The notes below the pieces were generated by a model, which did not search any database, was not told the DNA's origin, and saw only the letters and a list, made by a program, of their open reading frames with translations. A program made the translations under genes and the position numbers. Positions 1-10,095 of a stretch of DNA of 64,000 nt are shown piece after piece. This stretch comes from Verrucomicrobia bacterium SCGC AAA164-E04 (GTDB lineage: Bacteria; Verrucomicrobiota; Verrucomicrobiia; Limisphaerales; AAA164-E04): positions 1,371-65,370 of the forward strand of contig KB911950.1 of assembly GCA_000383715.1 (NCBI GenBank), written 5' to 3'. Every line of letters starts with the position of its first letter. The stretch's first letter is position 1.

Positions 1-2
1 CC

Positions 3-1352
3 ACGCGCCAGGAAAATGCCCCAGGCAAAGCCTTTGAAATTCTGGGGCTCCTACAGATGTCCAGAGGAGAAGAGTCAACATCCCAGGCAAGTTTCCAACA
101 GGCTATCGACCGTGATCCTTCCTTGATTTTATCTCGGCAGCGGGTGATAGACGTCCACCTGCGAAACGGGAAAGAGCGACCAGCTTTTCGCATGGTCCAG
201 GAAGCTCTGGAGGCCACTTCAAACCAAGTCGATGAAGTCACTCTCCTCATTGGTATGTATCTCAGGTATGCCTCCATGCGGCCCGACCGTTTGCAGGATC
301 TTGGTCCACAGTTGGAATCCCTTATCGCCAAAAGCTCTGAGATCGCCAAAGAGCAGCCCGCCTTGAAATTATCGATTTCGGATCTTTTGATGCTGCAGGA
401 GCGATTCGAGGATGCTGAAAAGATGCTGAAGGATCTCAAGGACGTGGAGCCCCCGGTTCCGCTGGTTAGTGAAAAACTGGTGGACTTGTTCTTGCGAACA
501 GGCAAAAAAGACATGGCGATACTTGAATTGGGCGAGCTCACCCGTGAGAACTCCAAAAACCCCCGCCCCTATTTTCTTCTCGGTTCCCTGAAAGCCGACG
601 ATGGTGAGTCAGCGGAAGCTGAGAAGCACTATCGCAAGGCAATGGACATAAGGCCCGAATTTGAGCCCCCTTACTATGAGTTGGCTGCAATGAAGCTGAA
701 CGAGGGTGAGGCGCGTGAAGCTCTTGAAGTTTTACAACAGGCCCGTGAACATTTCTCCGATCAGTTTATCCTGGAGTTTTACTCTGGCCTGGCTATGTCC
801 GCGCTTCGCCGCTATGAGCCTTCCCTTGGGTTTCTGAGGCAGGCAGAGAACATTGCGGAGAAGCAGGAACCAGAGCGATTGACAGGTTTCTTCTATTTCA
901 GGGTGGGTTCCGTTTTAGAACGTTTGGGAAAGTTCAAGGAAGCTGAAGTCGAGTTTCTCAAATGTCTTGATAGAGCGCCCGACGATGCCACCACCTTAAA
1001 TTATCTGGGTTACATGTGGGCTGAGCAGGGAGTAAAACTGGATCAAGCCCATGAATGGATCATGAAAGCCCACGAGCTTGAACCGGAAAGTGAAGCGATT
1101 CTGGACAGCATGGGATGGGTGCTTTACCAGAAGGGGAAGCCTGCTGAAGCCCTGCCTTTCCTTGAAAAAGCCAAGGAAAAACTGACCGAACCCGATCCTA
1201 CGATTTTGGATCACCTTGCTGATGTCTATGAAGCTCTGGGTGAAACTGAGAAAGCCGAAGAGGTCTGGAAGCAGTCGCTGGAAATCGAGTTCAACGAAAG
1301 AGTTTTCAAAAAATGGCGCATCCTTGAGGATCAGGGCGAAACCAAGTCCTGA
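3..1352 (+). CDS. Tetratricopeptide-repeat protein, 5'-truncated by the window edge
   Basis: Frame is open from position 3 (TRQENAPGKAFEILGLLQM) into ORF 57..1352. Multiple TPR-like helical repeats, e.g. LNYLGYMWAEQG...AILDSMGWVLYQKG...ILDHLADVY. Confidence 0.85.
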   Translation, partial: TRQENAPGKAFEILGLLQMSRGEESTSQASFQQAIDRDPSLILSRQRVIDVHLRNGKERPAFRMVQEALEATSNQVDEVTLLIGMYLRYASMRPDRLQDLGPQLESLIAKSSEIAKEQPALKLSISDLLMLQERFEDAEKMLKDLKDVEPPVPLVSEKLVDLFLRTGKKDMAILELGELTRENSKNPRPYFLLGSLKADDGESAEAEKHYRKAMDIRPEFEPPYYELAAMKLNEGEAREALEVLQQAREHFSDQFILEFYSGLAMSALRRYEPSLGFLRQAENIAEKQEPERLTGFFYFRVGSVLERLGKFKEAEVEFLKCLDRAPDDATTLNYLGYMWAEQGVKLDQAHEWIMKAHELEPESEAILDSMGWVLYQKGKPAEALPFLEKAKEKLTEPDPTILDHLADVYEALGETEKAEEVWKQSLEIEFNERVFKKWRILEDQGETKS

Positions 1353-1387
1353 TCTTTGATAATCAGTTTATTGCGTCCTACAGTGTC

Positions 1388-1777
1388 ATGTCGGTTCCTT
1401 TCCAATACTCAAGGCATTACACCCTGGAAGAAGCGCGAGAGATGATCCCTCGAATCGAGCAATGGCTGGGTGAGATTCATGCGCTCAATTTGCAACAGGA
1501 GGAGTGCAGGAGGTGGCAACATGCCATGTTCGAAGAAGGGCACGATCTTGGCGGCAATCAAATTGAAGGTGAGGTCAGAAACCTCAGTCGATTGCTCCAT
1601 CTTCTGCAGGAATTCAAAGATAGAGAAATTCTTATCACAGATTTATCCAGAGGCCACGTGGATTTTCCCTCCATGATGGGAAGTGAAGAAGTCTTTCTTT
1701 GCTGGGAAATGGGGCAATCAGACATCGTACACTGGCATGCCCTGGATTCTGATTCGGCTATTCGTAAGCCCGTTTGA
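1388..1777 (+). CDS. DUF2203-like protein
   Basis: N-terminal YTLEEARxxIP and C-terminal G(H/L)VDFP...EVFLCWxxG...I.HWH pattern typical of DUF2203. Confidence 0.75.
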   Translation: MSVPFQYSRHYTLEEAREMIPRIEQWLGEIHALNLQQEECRRWQHAMFEEGHDLGGNQIEGEVRNLSRLLHLLQEFKDREILITDLSRGHVDFPSMMGSEEVFLCWEMGQSDIVHWHALDSDSAIRKPV

Positions 1778-1883
1778 TCAAGTTCAGTATTTTTTTGATT
1801 TTCCTCATTTCAGTGCCTGTGTTTTTAAAGGTAAGCTCAGGAATCTGGAAAACCCCTGGTATTGTTTGCCAACACTGAAAACC

Positions 1884-3020
1884 ATGAATCCATTTTCTGA
1901 ATTACCGACCCCATGCTATGTGGTAGATACGCAGAAATTGCGTCAAAACCTGGAAATCATCCGCAGCGTGCAGGATCGAACGGGGGCCAGAATTATCCTC
2001 GCCTTGAAGGGTTTTGCCATGTTTCGCGTTTTTCCTATTATACGGGAGTATCTCTGCGGAACGACCGCCAGTTCAGTAAACGAGGCCAAGCTTGGTAGCT
2101 ACGAATTCGGTGGAGAAGTTCATGCCTACGCGCCTGCCTACAGTGAAAAGGATATCCATCAACTTTCACCATTGATCAAACACATCACATTCAACTCATT
2201 TTCGCAATTTCATCGTTTCAAGGAGCAGGTCTCAAACATCAGTCCCCAAGTATCCATGGGGCTTCGTATCAATCCTGAATATTCGGAGGTTGCCACCGAA
2301 CTCTATGATCCGTGTCGGCCCTGTTCCCGCTTGGGCATGACATTGCAGCATTTTGAGGGCGAAGCATTGGAAAGGATTGAAGGACTTCATTTTCACACCA
2401 TGTGTGAGCAGAACTCAGATACACTGGAACGCACACTCAAGGTGGTTGAAGAGAAATTCTCGCCTTACTTCGAGCAATTGAAATGGATCAATTTTGGAGG
2501 AGGACATCACATCACGCGACCTGATTATGATGTTGATCGACTTTGTCGTGCTCTAGATGCCTTCATGCAAAAATATTCACTGCAGGTTTACATGGAGCCT
2601 GGTGAGGCCATTGCCTTGAACACGGGTATTCTCATCGCAAGTGTCATGGACGTATTTGAAAATGACATCCCACTTGCAATCCTTGATACCTCAGCTACTG
2701 CCCACATGCCGGACGTGCTTGAAATGCCCTACCGTCCAGTTATCCAGGGGGCCGGGGCTCCCGGAAGCAAGGCGCACACGATTCGACTCGGAGGTCTGAC
2801 CTGTCTGGCTGGAGATGAGATAGGCGATTATGCCTTTGATCAACCTCTGAAAGTGGGCGACCGGCTTGTGTTTGAAGACATGGCCCATTACACCATGGTT
2901 AAAAACACCACTTTCAACGGGGTGCATCTCCCATCCATAGCAACATATAACCCCTTGACTCAAACCGCAGAAGTGGTGCGTGAGTTTGGGTATGAGGATT
3001 ACCGCAGCAGGCTTTCATAA
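1884..3020 (+). CDS. nspC: Carboxynorspermidine decarboxylase
   Basis: LPTPCYVVD, LALKGFAM (PLP lysine), GLHFHTMCEQ, GGGHHITR, HMPDVLEMPY, CLAGD, HYTMVKNTTFNG. Start placed at ATG 1884 (MNPFSELPTP). Confidence 0.93.
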   Translation: MNPFSELPTPCYVVDTQKLRQNLEIIRSVQDRTGARIILALKGFAMFRVFPIIREYLCGTTASSVNEAKLGSYEFGGEVHAYAPAYSEKDIHQLSPLIKHITFNSFSQFHRFKEQVSNISPQVSMGLRINPEYSEVATELYDPCRPCSRLGMTLQHFEGEALERIEGLHFHTMCEQNSDTLERTLKVVEEKFSPYFEQLKWINFGGGHHITRPDYDVDRLCRALDAFMQKYSLQVYMEPGEAIALNTGILIASVMDVFENDIPLAILDTSATAHMPDVLEMPYRPVIQGAGAPGSKAHTIRLGGLTCLAGDEIGDYAFDQPLKVGDRLVFEDMAHYTMVKNTTFNGVHLPSIATYNPLTQTAEVVREFGYEDYRSRLS

Positions 3021-4025
3021 GGGAGTTTTCTTATCTGCACCGTCTTCCAATTCCTGATGACTCAACCATTCCAGAGCAGCTTCCACAATGATTTCATGTG
3101 TGCCTCGGAAAAGGGTGAGGCGTGCTTTGCCTGATTGCCTTCTGAGTAAGGGGCGTTTTTTGCCATAGCTTGGATCCCTTGAAGTTTCGTTCGACAAAAG
3201 TAGCGGGATTTTTGCGTTGGTCTCAATGAATTGAATCTGATCTTCAGAGAATTGGTTATTGTGTGCTGCGACTGCATTGAATGCCCGTAAACTGTGCCCC
3301 ACCGGGACGCTCCCGGTATGTCCATCCATGATTCCTGCGTTGATATCCAGCCTTACTTTTTTTGCATTGGTCAGAAAATGAATGGGAGATCTATTCCAGT
3401 ATTGGAAATCGATTGCGGCGTGTTGATGGGGTTTGCCGCCGCAGGATGCCTCAATCATGGCCGTGTATTCGAGTTCGCGGGTCAAGGTCTCTGCGTGCCA
3501 GCGCAATAAATCAGAAATAGGAACCCATGATGAAACACCAGCCCAGATTTGAGGCGCCTTGGCCGCCAGCATGAGGCTTGCCATTCCTCCACCAGAGGCT
3601 CCCACCAAATAAATTCGACGAGTATCCACGTTTGCAACAGTGCGTGCGAATTCAACAGCATCCAAAATATCGCTCACAACCAGATCCGAGCAGGTTGCTT
3701 CTGGTCGCTGGTTGATCCCTCTGAAATCAGGATGAATAAAATGCCAGTTTCGCTCTTTAGCTTGCTTGAGGTACATTTCGCCGCTGGCTTGCAAATAGTT
3801 GCCAGACCAACTGTGCAGGGCGACAAGCAATGGTTGGTGATGCGTAGTTTCCGGGGCTGGGCACCAGATGGCTTTTTGTAATGTGCCGTCAACCGTCGAT
3901 GCGATGTCAACCTTCAAGGCCCTACTGATTTTCTTGGAAGATGTTTCCTCTGCAATGGACGTGGCTACTTGTATCCAAAAACTCATCCAGAGAACTGGAA
4001 ATAGATGGTGTAATTGAAAAGGCAT
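3015..4025 (-). CDS. Secreted alpha/beta hydrolase (prolyl oligopeptidase/esterase-like)
   Basis: Signal-peptide-like N-terminus, LLVALHSWSG, nucleophile elbow GASGGG, C-terminal GTHEI. Overlaps the nspC 3' end by 6 nt (convergent). Confidence 0.8.
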   Translation of the reverse strand: MPFQLHHLFPVLWMSFWIQVATSIAEETSSKKISRALKVDIASTVDGTLQKAIWCPAPETTHHQPLLVALHSWSGNYLQASGEMYLKQAKERNWHFIHPDFRGINQRPEATCSDLVVSDILDAVEFARTVANVDTRRIYLVGASGGGMASLMLAAKAPQIWAGVSSWVPISDLLRWHAETLTRELEYTAMIEASCGGKPHQHAAIDFQYWNRSPIHFLTNAKKVRLDINAGIMDGHTGSVPVGHSLRAFNAVAAHNNQFSEDQIQFIETNAKIPLLLSNETSRDPSYGKKRPLLRRQSGKARLTLFRGTHEIIVEAALEWLSHQELEDGADKKTPL

Positions 4026-4117
4026 GCATTGTTTCTATCCATTAAATGTTGTCATGTAAATATTCCCGATGTTTTCAGACTTGATGTAGAGCGGTGACTG
4101 GCTATATGTAATGGCTT

Positions 4118-5059
4118 ATGCCAACGCGTAAGAATCTGAGCAAGCCTGTGGAAAAGGCTGGAGTAAGAAGTCCATTTGATCTGAAAGATTATTTGGACCG
4201 CTCCAGTCGCGAGGTGGATCGTGCCTTGCGAAAATACCTGCCAAGCGGAAAGATTAAACCCGCAACCATCCATAAGGCAATGCGTTACTCCATTTTTGCG
4301 GGAGGAAAAAGGATGCGTCCTGTTTTATGTTTGGCGGCAGCTGAGGCCTGCGGAGGAAATTGGGAGCAAGCCATGCCTCATGCTTGCGCGGTGGAATGTA
4401 TCCATACCTACTCTTTGATTCATGATGATTTGCCTTCGATGGACAATGATGATTTGAGGCGTGGAAAGCTTACCAATCATAAAGTCTATGGTGAGGCGAT
4501 TGCTGTGCTTGCTGGAGATGCATTGCTCACGCAGGCCTTCGAGATTGCTGCTCATTGTCAGCCCACCAGAAGATATCCTCTAAAGGATGTGATCCTTGAA
4601 TTGACACGTGCCTCAGGATCTCGTGAATTAATAGCCGGGCAAGTCGCAGATGCAGAAGCCGAAGGTGGTGAGATTATCGAATTCAAGCAGTTAAAATACA
4701 TTCATGAATGCAAAACAGCCTCCCTTTTGAGCTGTTCGGCACGCCTGGGGGGAATGAGTGCAAATTGCACGCCAACTCAACTCTCCGCATTATCAGATTT
4801 TGGGTATCATGTGGGATTAGCCTTCCAAGTGATTGATGACATCCTGGATGTCACTCAAACCAGTGAGCACTTGGGCAAGACCGCAGGAAAAGATGAAATG
4901 GCTCAAAAGGCTACTTATCCGTCATTAATAGGTCTCGAATCCTCAAGGGAAATTGCGAGAAAACTTACAGATAAAGCCTTCAAAGCACTCAAACCGTTCA
5001 ATCAAAAAGCGACCGCTCTTCATGTCATCGCGGAATATTTGCTGAAACGAACGCATTAG
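4118..5059 (+). CDS. ispA: Polyprenyl (farnesyl/geranylgeranyl) diphosphate synthase
   Basis: GGKRMRP, first Asp-rich motif HDDLPSMDNDDLRRG, GQ, KT, second motif FQVIDDILD, GKTAGKD. Confidence 0.9.
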   Translation: MPTRKNLSKPVEKAGVRSPFDLKDYLDRSSREVDRALRKYLPSGKIKPATIHKAMRYSIFAGGKRMRPVLCLAAAEACGGNWEQAMPHACAVECIHTYSLIHDDLPSMDNDDLRRGKLTNHKVYGEAIAVLAGDALLTQAFEIAAHCQPTRRYPLKDVILELTRASGSRELIAGQVADAEAEGGEIIEFKQLKYIHECKTASLLSCSARLGGMSANCTPTQLSALSDFGYHVGLAFQVIDDILDVTQTSEHLGKTAGKDEMAQKATYPSLIGLESSREIARKLTDKAFKALKPFNQKATALHVIAEYLLKRTH

Positions 5060-5163
5060 CCCTGCGTTTAATCAGTCTTCATACCATCGAAGATCTTCAA
5101 CCGAGGTTGCGCATCAATGGTGACCCTTAGGCGCGCCGCGTTCCGTCTGATATCAAATCCGAT

Positions 5164-5193
5164 TTGCTTTTCAGCTGTTTTGAATCATATTAT
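5164..5193 (+). promoter_or_regulatory. Candidate sigma70 promoter for secretin operon 1
   Basis: TTGCTT-N18-TATTAT in an AT-rich patch upstream of the operon. Confidence 0.35.
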
Positions 5194-5403
5194 AAGATGC
5201 GAGTCTGTCGTCTTGGATCCAATTATTCTTATGTGAATAAGCAAAACGATCATCCGAGATATCTCGGGTAGATAAGTTAGCTGTGGCGGGGCACCTCAGT
5301 ATTGCGTCCACCAAGGTAGAAAATTTTGATTAAGAATTTCATTCATCTGACAATTTTGAATGGACGATGCGTTCGGTTTGCGTCGTTCAAGGTTTCTAGT
5401 GGT

Positions 5404-7419
5404 TTGAGATATCTGTTTTCTCGGCAATCAATTTGTCTGGCGGCCTTCTTATGCTTTTCGATTAGCTTATCCAGTTGCAAAACTGCTTCCAAAACGGAAT
5501 CCAAAACGGAATCTAATCCTCCCGCTGAGAAGGAACCTGCGGCCAAGGGGGCTCTCGAGATGAAACAATCTGCGATTCTTGAAAATACTGTCTACAACAA
5601 AGAGTATGATGCTGAATTCCAACAGATTTTTTTGTTGGCCAATCGTGGAAAGTGGGAAGATGCAGAAAATCTAGCCATTGAGTTACATAATCGGGAAAGC
5701 GCGAAACCCGGCCTGATGGATCCATCTGTTGAGCGCGTTTACCGTTGGGTCTCCAAACAGTCTCAAATCCTCAGAGATCAGGCTTTGGAAGATAAAATCC
5801 GGCAGATTGATTCCAAAAATTCTGTTTTCAGCCCCAGTGTGAAGTCACTCGTTACTGAGCAAACGGATCGGGGGCTTCCTCCTCGCAAGGATCTACGCGA
5901 TGCCGTCCAGGAAATTGAAGCGACCCCTTACATTCCAGAGTCATACAACAAAACGAAAACGATCATTCGCCAGAGTGAAATGTTTGACTTCACCAGCCAG
6001 CAAGGCCGAATGGCGCGTGAGTTAAACAAAAAGGTCTCTGTTAAGATGGATGACGTGGATTTGGAGACCATTATTTTCCAAATTGGTGACAAGGAACAAA
6101 TTAACTTTGTGGCTGATCGATCTCTGGAAGCTTTCAAACAAAAGCTCAGTATCAACTTCGATGACGTACGGTTGGGCGAGTTTCTTGACTATATTTCCAG
6201 AAATTTCGATCTCCAATTCCAGGTTGGCGACGATTTGATATGGATTGTGGATGGCAAGGATATGACAAAAGCCATTGAAGAGACTCGCATTTATCGGCTG
6301 CGAAAGGGGTTTGTTTTGCCTGCCATCTTCGGCGCAGATGAAACCACCAAGACGGAAACTAGAAAAAAGAGTGGTGACGTTACAACGGTTACAGTCCAGA
6401 AAGCCAAGTCGTTTGTGCGTGATGGTGCCGGGGGGGCTCCATCCATTGAGAGCGCCATCAAAAAATTCTTCAAAGGTACTGAATATGAAATCGACTATGA
6501 ACGTAATATCATTCTAGCCACAGGAACAAGGGAGCAACTAAGTGTTCTGGAGCGAATCATTGAGGAGTATGATCGTCACCTCCAACAGGTGTTGATCGAG
6601 GCAAGGTTCATTACCGTCTCTGAAGCGGCATTTTTGCAGCTAGGTGCTTTGTGGGAGACAGGCCGCAACCCAACCTCCGAGAGTCGGTCCTCAGAGGATC
6701 TTCTCGGATTTGGCCCCGAGAACATCGGACTTGGACTGCAAGAAACTTTCAACAATATCCTGGATAGAGATAACCTGAGTGTCACACTTACCGCCTTGGA
6801 GCAGGAAGGTGAGACGCAAACCCTGAGCGCTCCTAGATTGACATTGATCAATAATCTTCCAGCCACCATTTCCGATGGTAAAGTTCAGTATTATTACGAA
6901 GAATATACCATCACACAAACCACCACAGACCGAAGCGTGGTGGCTTCCCTGGTTCCCAAAGGAATACCAAAGCAAATCACATCGGGAGTGAAACTGGATG
7001 TGCTGGCCAGCATTGGTGGGGATGGTCAATCCATTTATTTGGCGCTGAGCCCAGAGGTCAATCAGGATGTCGAACTGGTTCCTTTTGCCTCTGTATCGGA
7101 TGCTTCAGGTAACAGCTTTGAAATTCGGTTGCCGGAATCCCGAACCCAAAGCCTTTCCACGCGAGTGATAGTTCAATCTGGCCAGACTGTTGTCATGGGT
7201 GGGGTTTTAGAGCGGGAGCAATCGACCTATGTTGAAGCAGTTCCCATCCTTGGGAAAATTCCTCTGATCGGGGCAGCTTTTCGACGGCGCACTGAGGTTG
7301 ATAAACCCAGATATCTGCTCATATTTGTTACCGCGACCCTTCTGTCAGAATCAGGTGAATTCCTTCGCTATGAGGAAATTCCAGAAGGTGAACCCTTGTC
7401 ATTTCGTTCACTGCGGTGA
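5404..7419 (+). CDS. Secretin (GspD/PilQ family), probable lipoprotein
   Basis: QVLIEARFITV, LSAPRLTLINN, GQTVVMGG...VPILGKIPLIGAAFR...LLIFVT. TTG 5404 gives signal MRYLFSRQSICLAAFLCFSISLSS-C (lipobox); the ORF track starts at 5326. Confidence 0.88.
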   Translation: MRYLFSRQSICLAAFLCFSISLSSCKTASKTESKTESNPPAEKEPAAKGALEMKQSAILENTVYNKEYDAEFQQIFLLANRGKWEDAENLAIELHNRESAKPGLMDPSVERVYRWVSKQSQILRDQALEDKIRQIDSKNSVFSPSVKSLVTEQTDRGLPPRKDLRDAVQEIEATPYIPESYNKTKTIIRQSEMFDFTSQQGRMARELNKKVSVKMDDVDLETIIFQIGDKEQINFVADRSLEAFKQKLSINFDDVRLGEFLDYISRNFDLQFQVGDDLIWIVDGKDMTKAIEETRIYRLRKGFVLPAIFGADETTKTETRKKSGDVTTVTVQKAKSFVRDGAGGAPSIESAIKKFFKGTEYEIDYERNIILATGTREQLSVLERIIEEYDRHLQQVLIEARFITVSEAAFLQLGALWETGRNPTSESRSSEDLLGFGPENIGLGLQETFNNILDRDNLSVTLTALEQEGETQTLSAPRLTLINNLPATISDGKVQYYYEEYTITQTTTDRSVVASLVPKGIPKQITSGVKLDVLASIGGDGQSIYLALSPEVNQDVELVPFASVSDASGNSFEIRLPESRTQSLSTRVIVQSGQTVVMGGVLEREQSTYVEAVPILGKIPLIGAAFRRRTEVDKPRYLLIFVTATLLSESGEFLRYEEIPEGEPLSFRSLR

Positions 7420-9230
7420 AATTGACTTCAACTTTTATGATCACGGGCCTTAAACAGGTTTTGTGGCGCAATCGCCATTTGATAGTCATGGCTCCTGATT
7501 CGGATGCCGTGCATGTGGTCGTATTTGAGGAAACTTTTCGAGGGCCTCTGCGGCGTGAATCATATCGTTTCAATCTGGATGGAGATCCAGACGATACGCA
7601 GTCCATAGGTGGCCCCTTGGAGTGGGAGCATTTCGTGAGGTGTCATGTGGATGACTCCTGGATCATTATACTTCCGCATCAAGTCACGATTTCTCAATGG
7701 ATGGATTTGGATTCTTCTCAACCGGATCAATTAGAGAATCGGTTGGAAGAACAGACGCGGCAGCTAGTTGGTTTGGGGGAAAGCAAGATCGTTGTTGATT
7801 ACGTTGAGGCCCCTTCGCCCGATCCGGATCGCTCAGCGTATTGGATCACTTATTGTCAGGAATCCGAAGTTCACAAAATCATTCAGGAATTCGGTCTCAA
7901 GAATGTCGCGATATGTGACGTGGTTGCGGATGCTGATGCTCTTGCTGCAGGATTGCAGTCAAGCCCAGAAATCAGCGGGGAATGGTTGATGCTTGATGTT
8001 CGCGATGGGGGAACTTCGACCATTGTCTTCGAGGGCGCCCATCCCCGATATTGTTCCTTTTTTCCCGTTGGCAATGAAATGGCAAAAGAGCAGGGGATTC
8101 GTTCCGCCGGGCCAATCCGTGTGGGGATACGTAATGAAGTCAAGGGTTTGGAATGGCTGCGTATCAGGAAAGGTATCCCTGAGATTGCTTCTGAATGGAC
8201 TCGTGATATCAATCGAGCATGGCAGGAATACCGGGCATCCATCTTGAAGGATCATCAATCAAGCGCTTTAACTTGCCCCGTGATCCTTCTGGCGGACAGT
8301 CCTGTTTTTCCTGCATGGGAAACGGCGGTCAGGGAGAAATTGCAGGTCTCTCTTCTCAAGACAGAATCCATATGGCCTGAACCTGTTGCAAATCTTCAGC
8401 CGGATGAATGGCGTCATTGGGGTGCTGTTTTGGCCACGCATCGCAAGAAAGTTGAAGTGCCCTCCTTGCTTCCTGAATCGGTAAAGGCGGCATGGAACGA
8501 AAAACAAATAGGAATCATTTGGAGGTCTCTGGCGCTTTTGAGCTGTGTGTTCGCTATGGTGGTGATGCTGGTGGCAGTTTTCCAGAAAGGAATGCTCTGG
8601 AAAATGAAAACCGAGTTGACCGAAGAAGTGAAGGACGTTGAACTTCGATTTGATCAAAGTCTTGTGGTTCTGCAGAGGCTCAAGCAGGAATATCGCATGC
8701 TTCAACCGTTGATTCAGGTAGAGCAGGATACGTATACAGCCATAGAAATACTGGGTTCAATGCAGCATATCCGAACTAATCAAAATGCTTGGATGGTGCT
8801 TCTGGCTGACCAGCATTCCTACTACGCGAACGATGTTCTTTCCTCAACGAATACCACCACGTCGTCGGACCTTGAGCTCAGTAATAGAACCAATCGTGTC
8901 AACATGCATCGTGGATTCATTCTCGAACTTGTATTGAAGTCAGAGGGGGAAGCCATGCGTCAAGAATTGGCAGATGTTGTTACTTTTTTGGGTGATCAAG
9001 ATTTCCTGTTCAATGCAGATATACTTCCTGCAGATACCAGGCGTCCCTTGGTGGATTCCAAACTGCTCATTCAAGACAGGCACTTTGCAGTCAGCATGGA
9101 AATGGATACCACTGATGTCATCGCAATTTCAGACACACTTGATTCAACTGCCGAAAAAGCCGCTGAGTACAGGCCGGTTTGGCGGAGTCTGCAGCCCAAC
9201 ATTTCCCAATCAACGTCCAGCAATGAGTGA
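7416..9230 (+). CDS. Degenerate PilM-PilN (GspL-like) fusion
   Basis: WLMLDVRDGGTSTIVF and VPSLLPES followed by a TM helix parallel MLLDIGAKSSNLLFF and VELNLMPKS in the PilM-N fusion at 55707. Overlaps the secretin stop codon. Confidence 0.6.
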   Translation: MKLTSTFMITGLKQVLWRNRHLIVMAPDSDAVHVVVFEETFRGPLRRESYRFNLDGDPDDTQSIGGPLEWEHFVRCHVDDSWIIILPHQVTISQWMDLDSSQPDQLENRLEEQTRQLVGLGESKIVVDYVEAPSPDPDRSAYWITYCQESEVHKIIQEFGLKNVAICDVVADADALAAGLQSSPEISGEWLMLDVRDGGTSTIVFEGAHPRYCSFFPVGNEMAKEQGIRSAGPIRVGIRNEVKGLEWLRIRKGIPEIASEWTRDINRAWQEYRASILKDHQSSALTCPVILLADSPVFPAWETAVREKLQVSLLKTESIWPEPVANLQPDEWRHWGAVLATHRKKVEVPSLLPESVKAAWNEKQIGIIWRSLALLSCVFAMVVMLVAVFQKGMLWKMKTELTEEVKDVELRFDQSLVVLQRLKQEYRMLQPLIQVEQDTYTAIEILGSMQHIRTNQNAWMVLLADQHSYYANDVLSSTNTTTSSDLELSNRTNRVNMHRGFILELVLKSEGEAMRQELADVVTFLGDQDFLFNADILPADTRRPLVDSKLLIQDRHFAVSMEMDTTDVIAISDTLDSTAEKAAEYRPVWRSLQPNISQSTSSNE

Positions 9231-10095
9231 GGGCCTTAGTATGATCTCTTTTTTCCAAAAAATGGCAGCAGATTCAAAATCCATGATCATGTTGGCCCTG
9301 GGAACATGCCTTTTTTATCTTTTGGTTTTGATCCCGCTGGACAAGAAAGTTCAAGCTCTCAATACGCCATTGCAACTTTCTTGGGCAAGGCTTGGAGATT
9401 CTATCAACACGAACAAGCTTGGAGGTGCCTTGGATATTCATGCGATGAACGAGCTGACCTCTTCGATGGAATCCACTTTTGCGAGTTTCACCGACGCTGA
9501 AGCTGACCTTATTAGCCGAGTGCTGCTGCCCGAAGAGACTCAAGCTAAAATGGAACAGTCTTTTCAGCTGGTTGAATATGAAAACGCCTTGGTGGCGCTT
9601 GAGGTTTTTCTGAAGAAGAGTGCTGCTGAAAAAACAATTTCTGTAGGAGATGAAGTGTTTCAAGGATTGCCGCGACATGATGTTGCACTGGAGGAGCCGC
9701 GTCTGTTGTGGGCTGGGCTTGCTTTTGCAAACTATCTGCTCTCATTGGCAATCGAATGCCAACTTGATTCCATTCTCCGATTTGAATCGTTACCGCCCCA
9801 GTTAACGGAAGATGCCTCAATTTCAAAACGACATCGTTTGCATCGCTCGCGATTCAACATGTCCGTTCAATGTGACATGGCTGTTGCTCAACAATTTTTG
9901 GCGGCCTTGCCGCTGCGAGGCGATGAAGCAGAAAGCTTGGGATTGCCTATGGTGCATCCTGAAAAACCGGCCTTGTACATCGAACGGCTGCTTCTTAAAA
10001 AAACTACCAAAGGATCGGCTAATCAAGTGGCATTGGAGCTTGTTGTCAACGGGTTTACCTATCATAAAACCAAGGAGAGATCAGGAATTGAATGA
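9223..10095 (+). CDS. PilO/Amuc_1100-like membrane-anchored protein
   Basis: Single N-terminal TM helix plus coiled coil. LLWAGLAFANYLLSLAIECQLDSI and RFNMSVQCDMAVAQQFLAAL resemble segments of 57590..58747. Start ATG 9223 overlaps the upstream gene end. Confidence 0.55.
   Translation: MSEGLSMISFFQKMAADSKSMIMLALGTCLFYLLVLIPLDKKVQALNTPLQLSWARLGDSINTNKLGGALDIHAMNELTSSMESTFASFTDAEADLISRVLLPEETQAKMEQSFQLVEYENALVALEVFLKKSAAEKTISVGDEVFQGLPRHDVALEEPRLLWAGLAFANYLLSLAIECQLDSILRFESLPPQLTEDASISKRHRLHRSRFNMSVQCDMAVAQQFLAALPLRGDEAESLGLPMVHPEKPALYIERLLLKKTTKGSANQVALELVVNGFTYHKTKERSGIE

Noticed and set aside
1683-1883. Extended nspC N-terminus, and similar extensions at 8974, 9812, 18601 and 43530
   Set aside because: They overlap upstream genes or RNA elements; family homology starts at later start codons.
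5235-5315. Possible c-di-GMP-II riboswitch (AACGAT...hairpin...AGTTAG, GGGCAC)
   Set aside because: The GGGCAC is not in the hairpin loop, so the defining pseudoknot cannot form; the resemblance is partial only.
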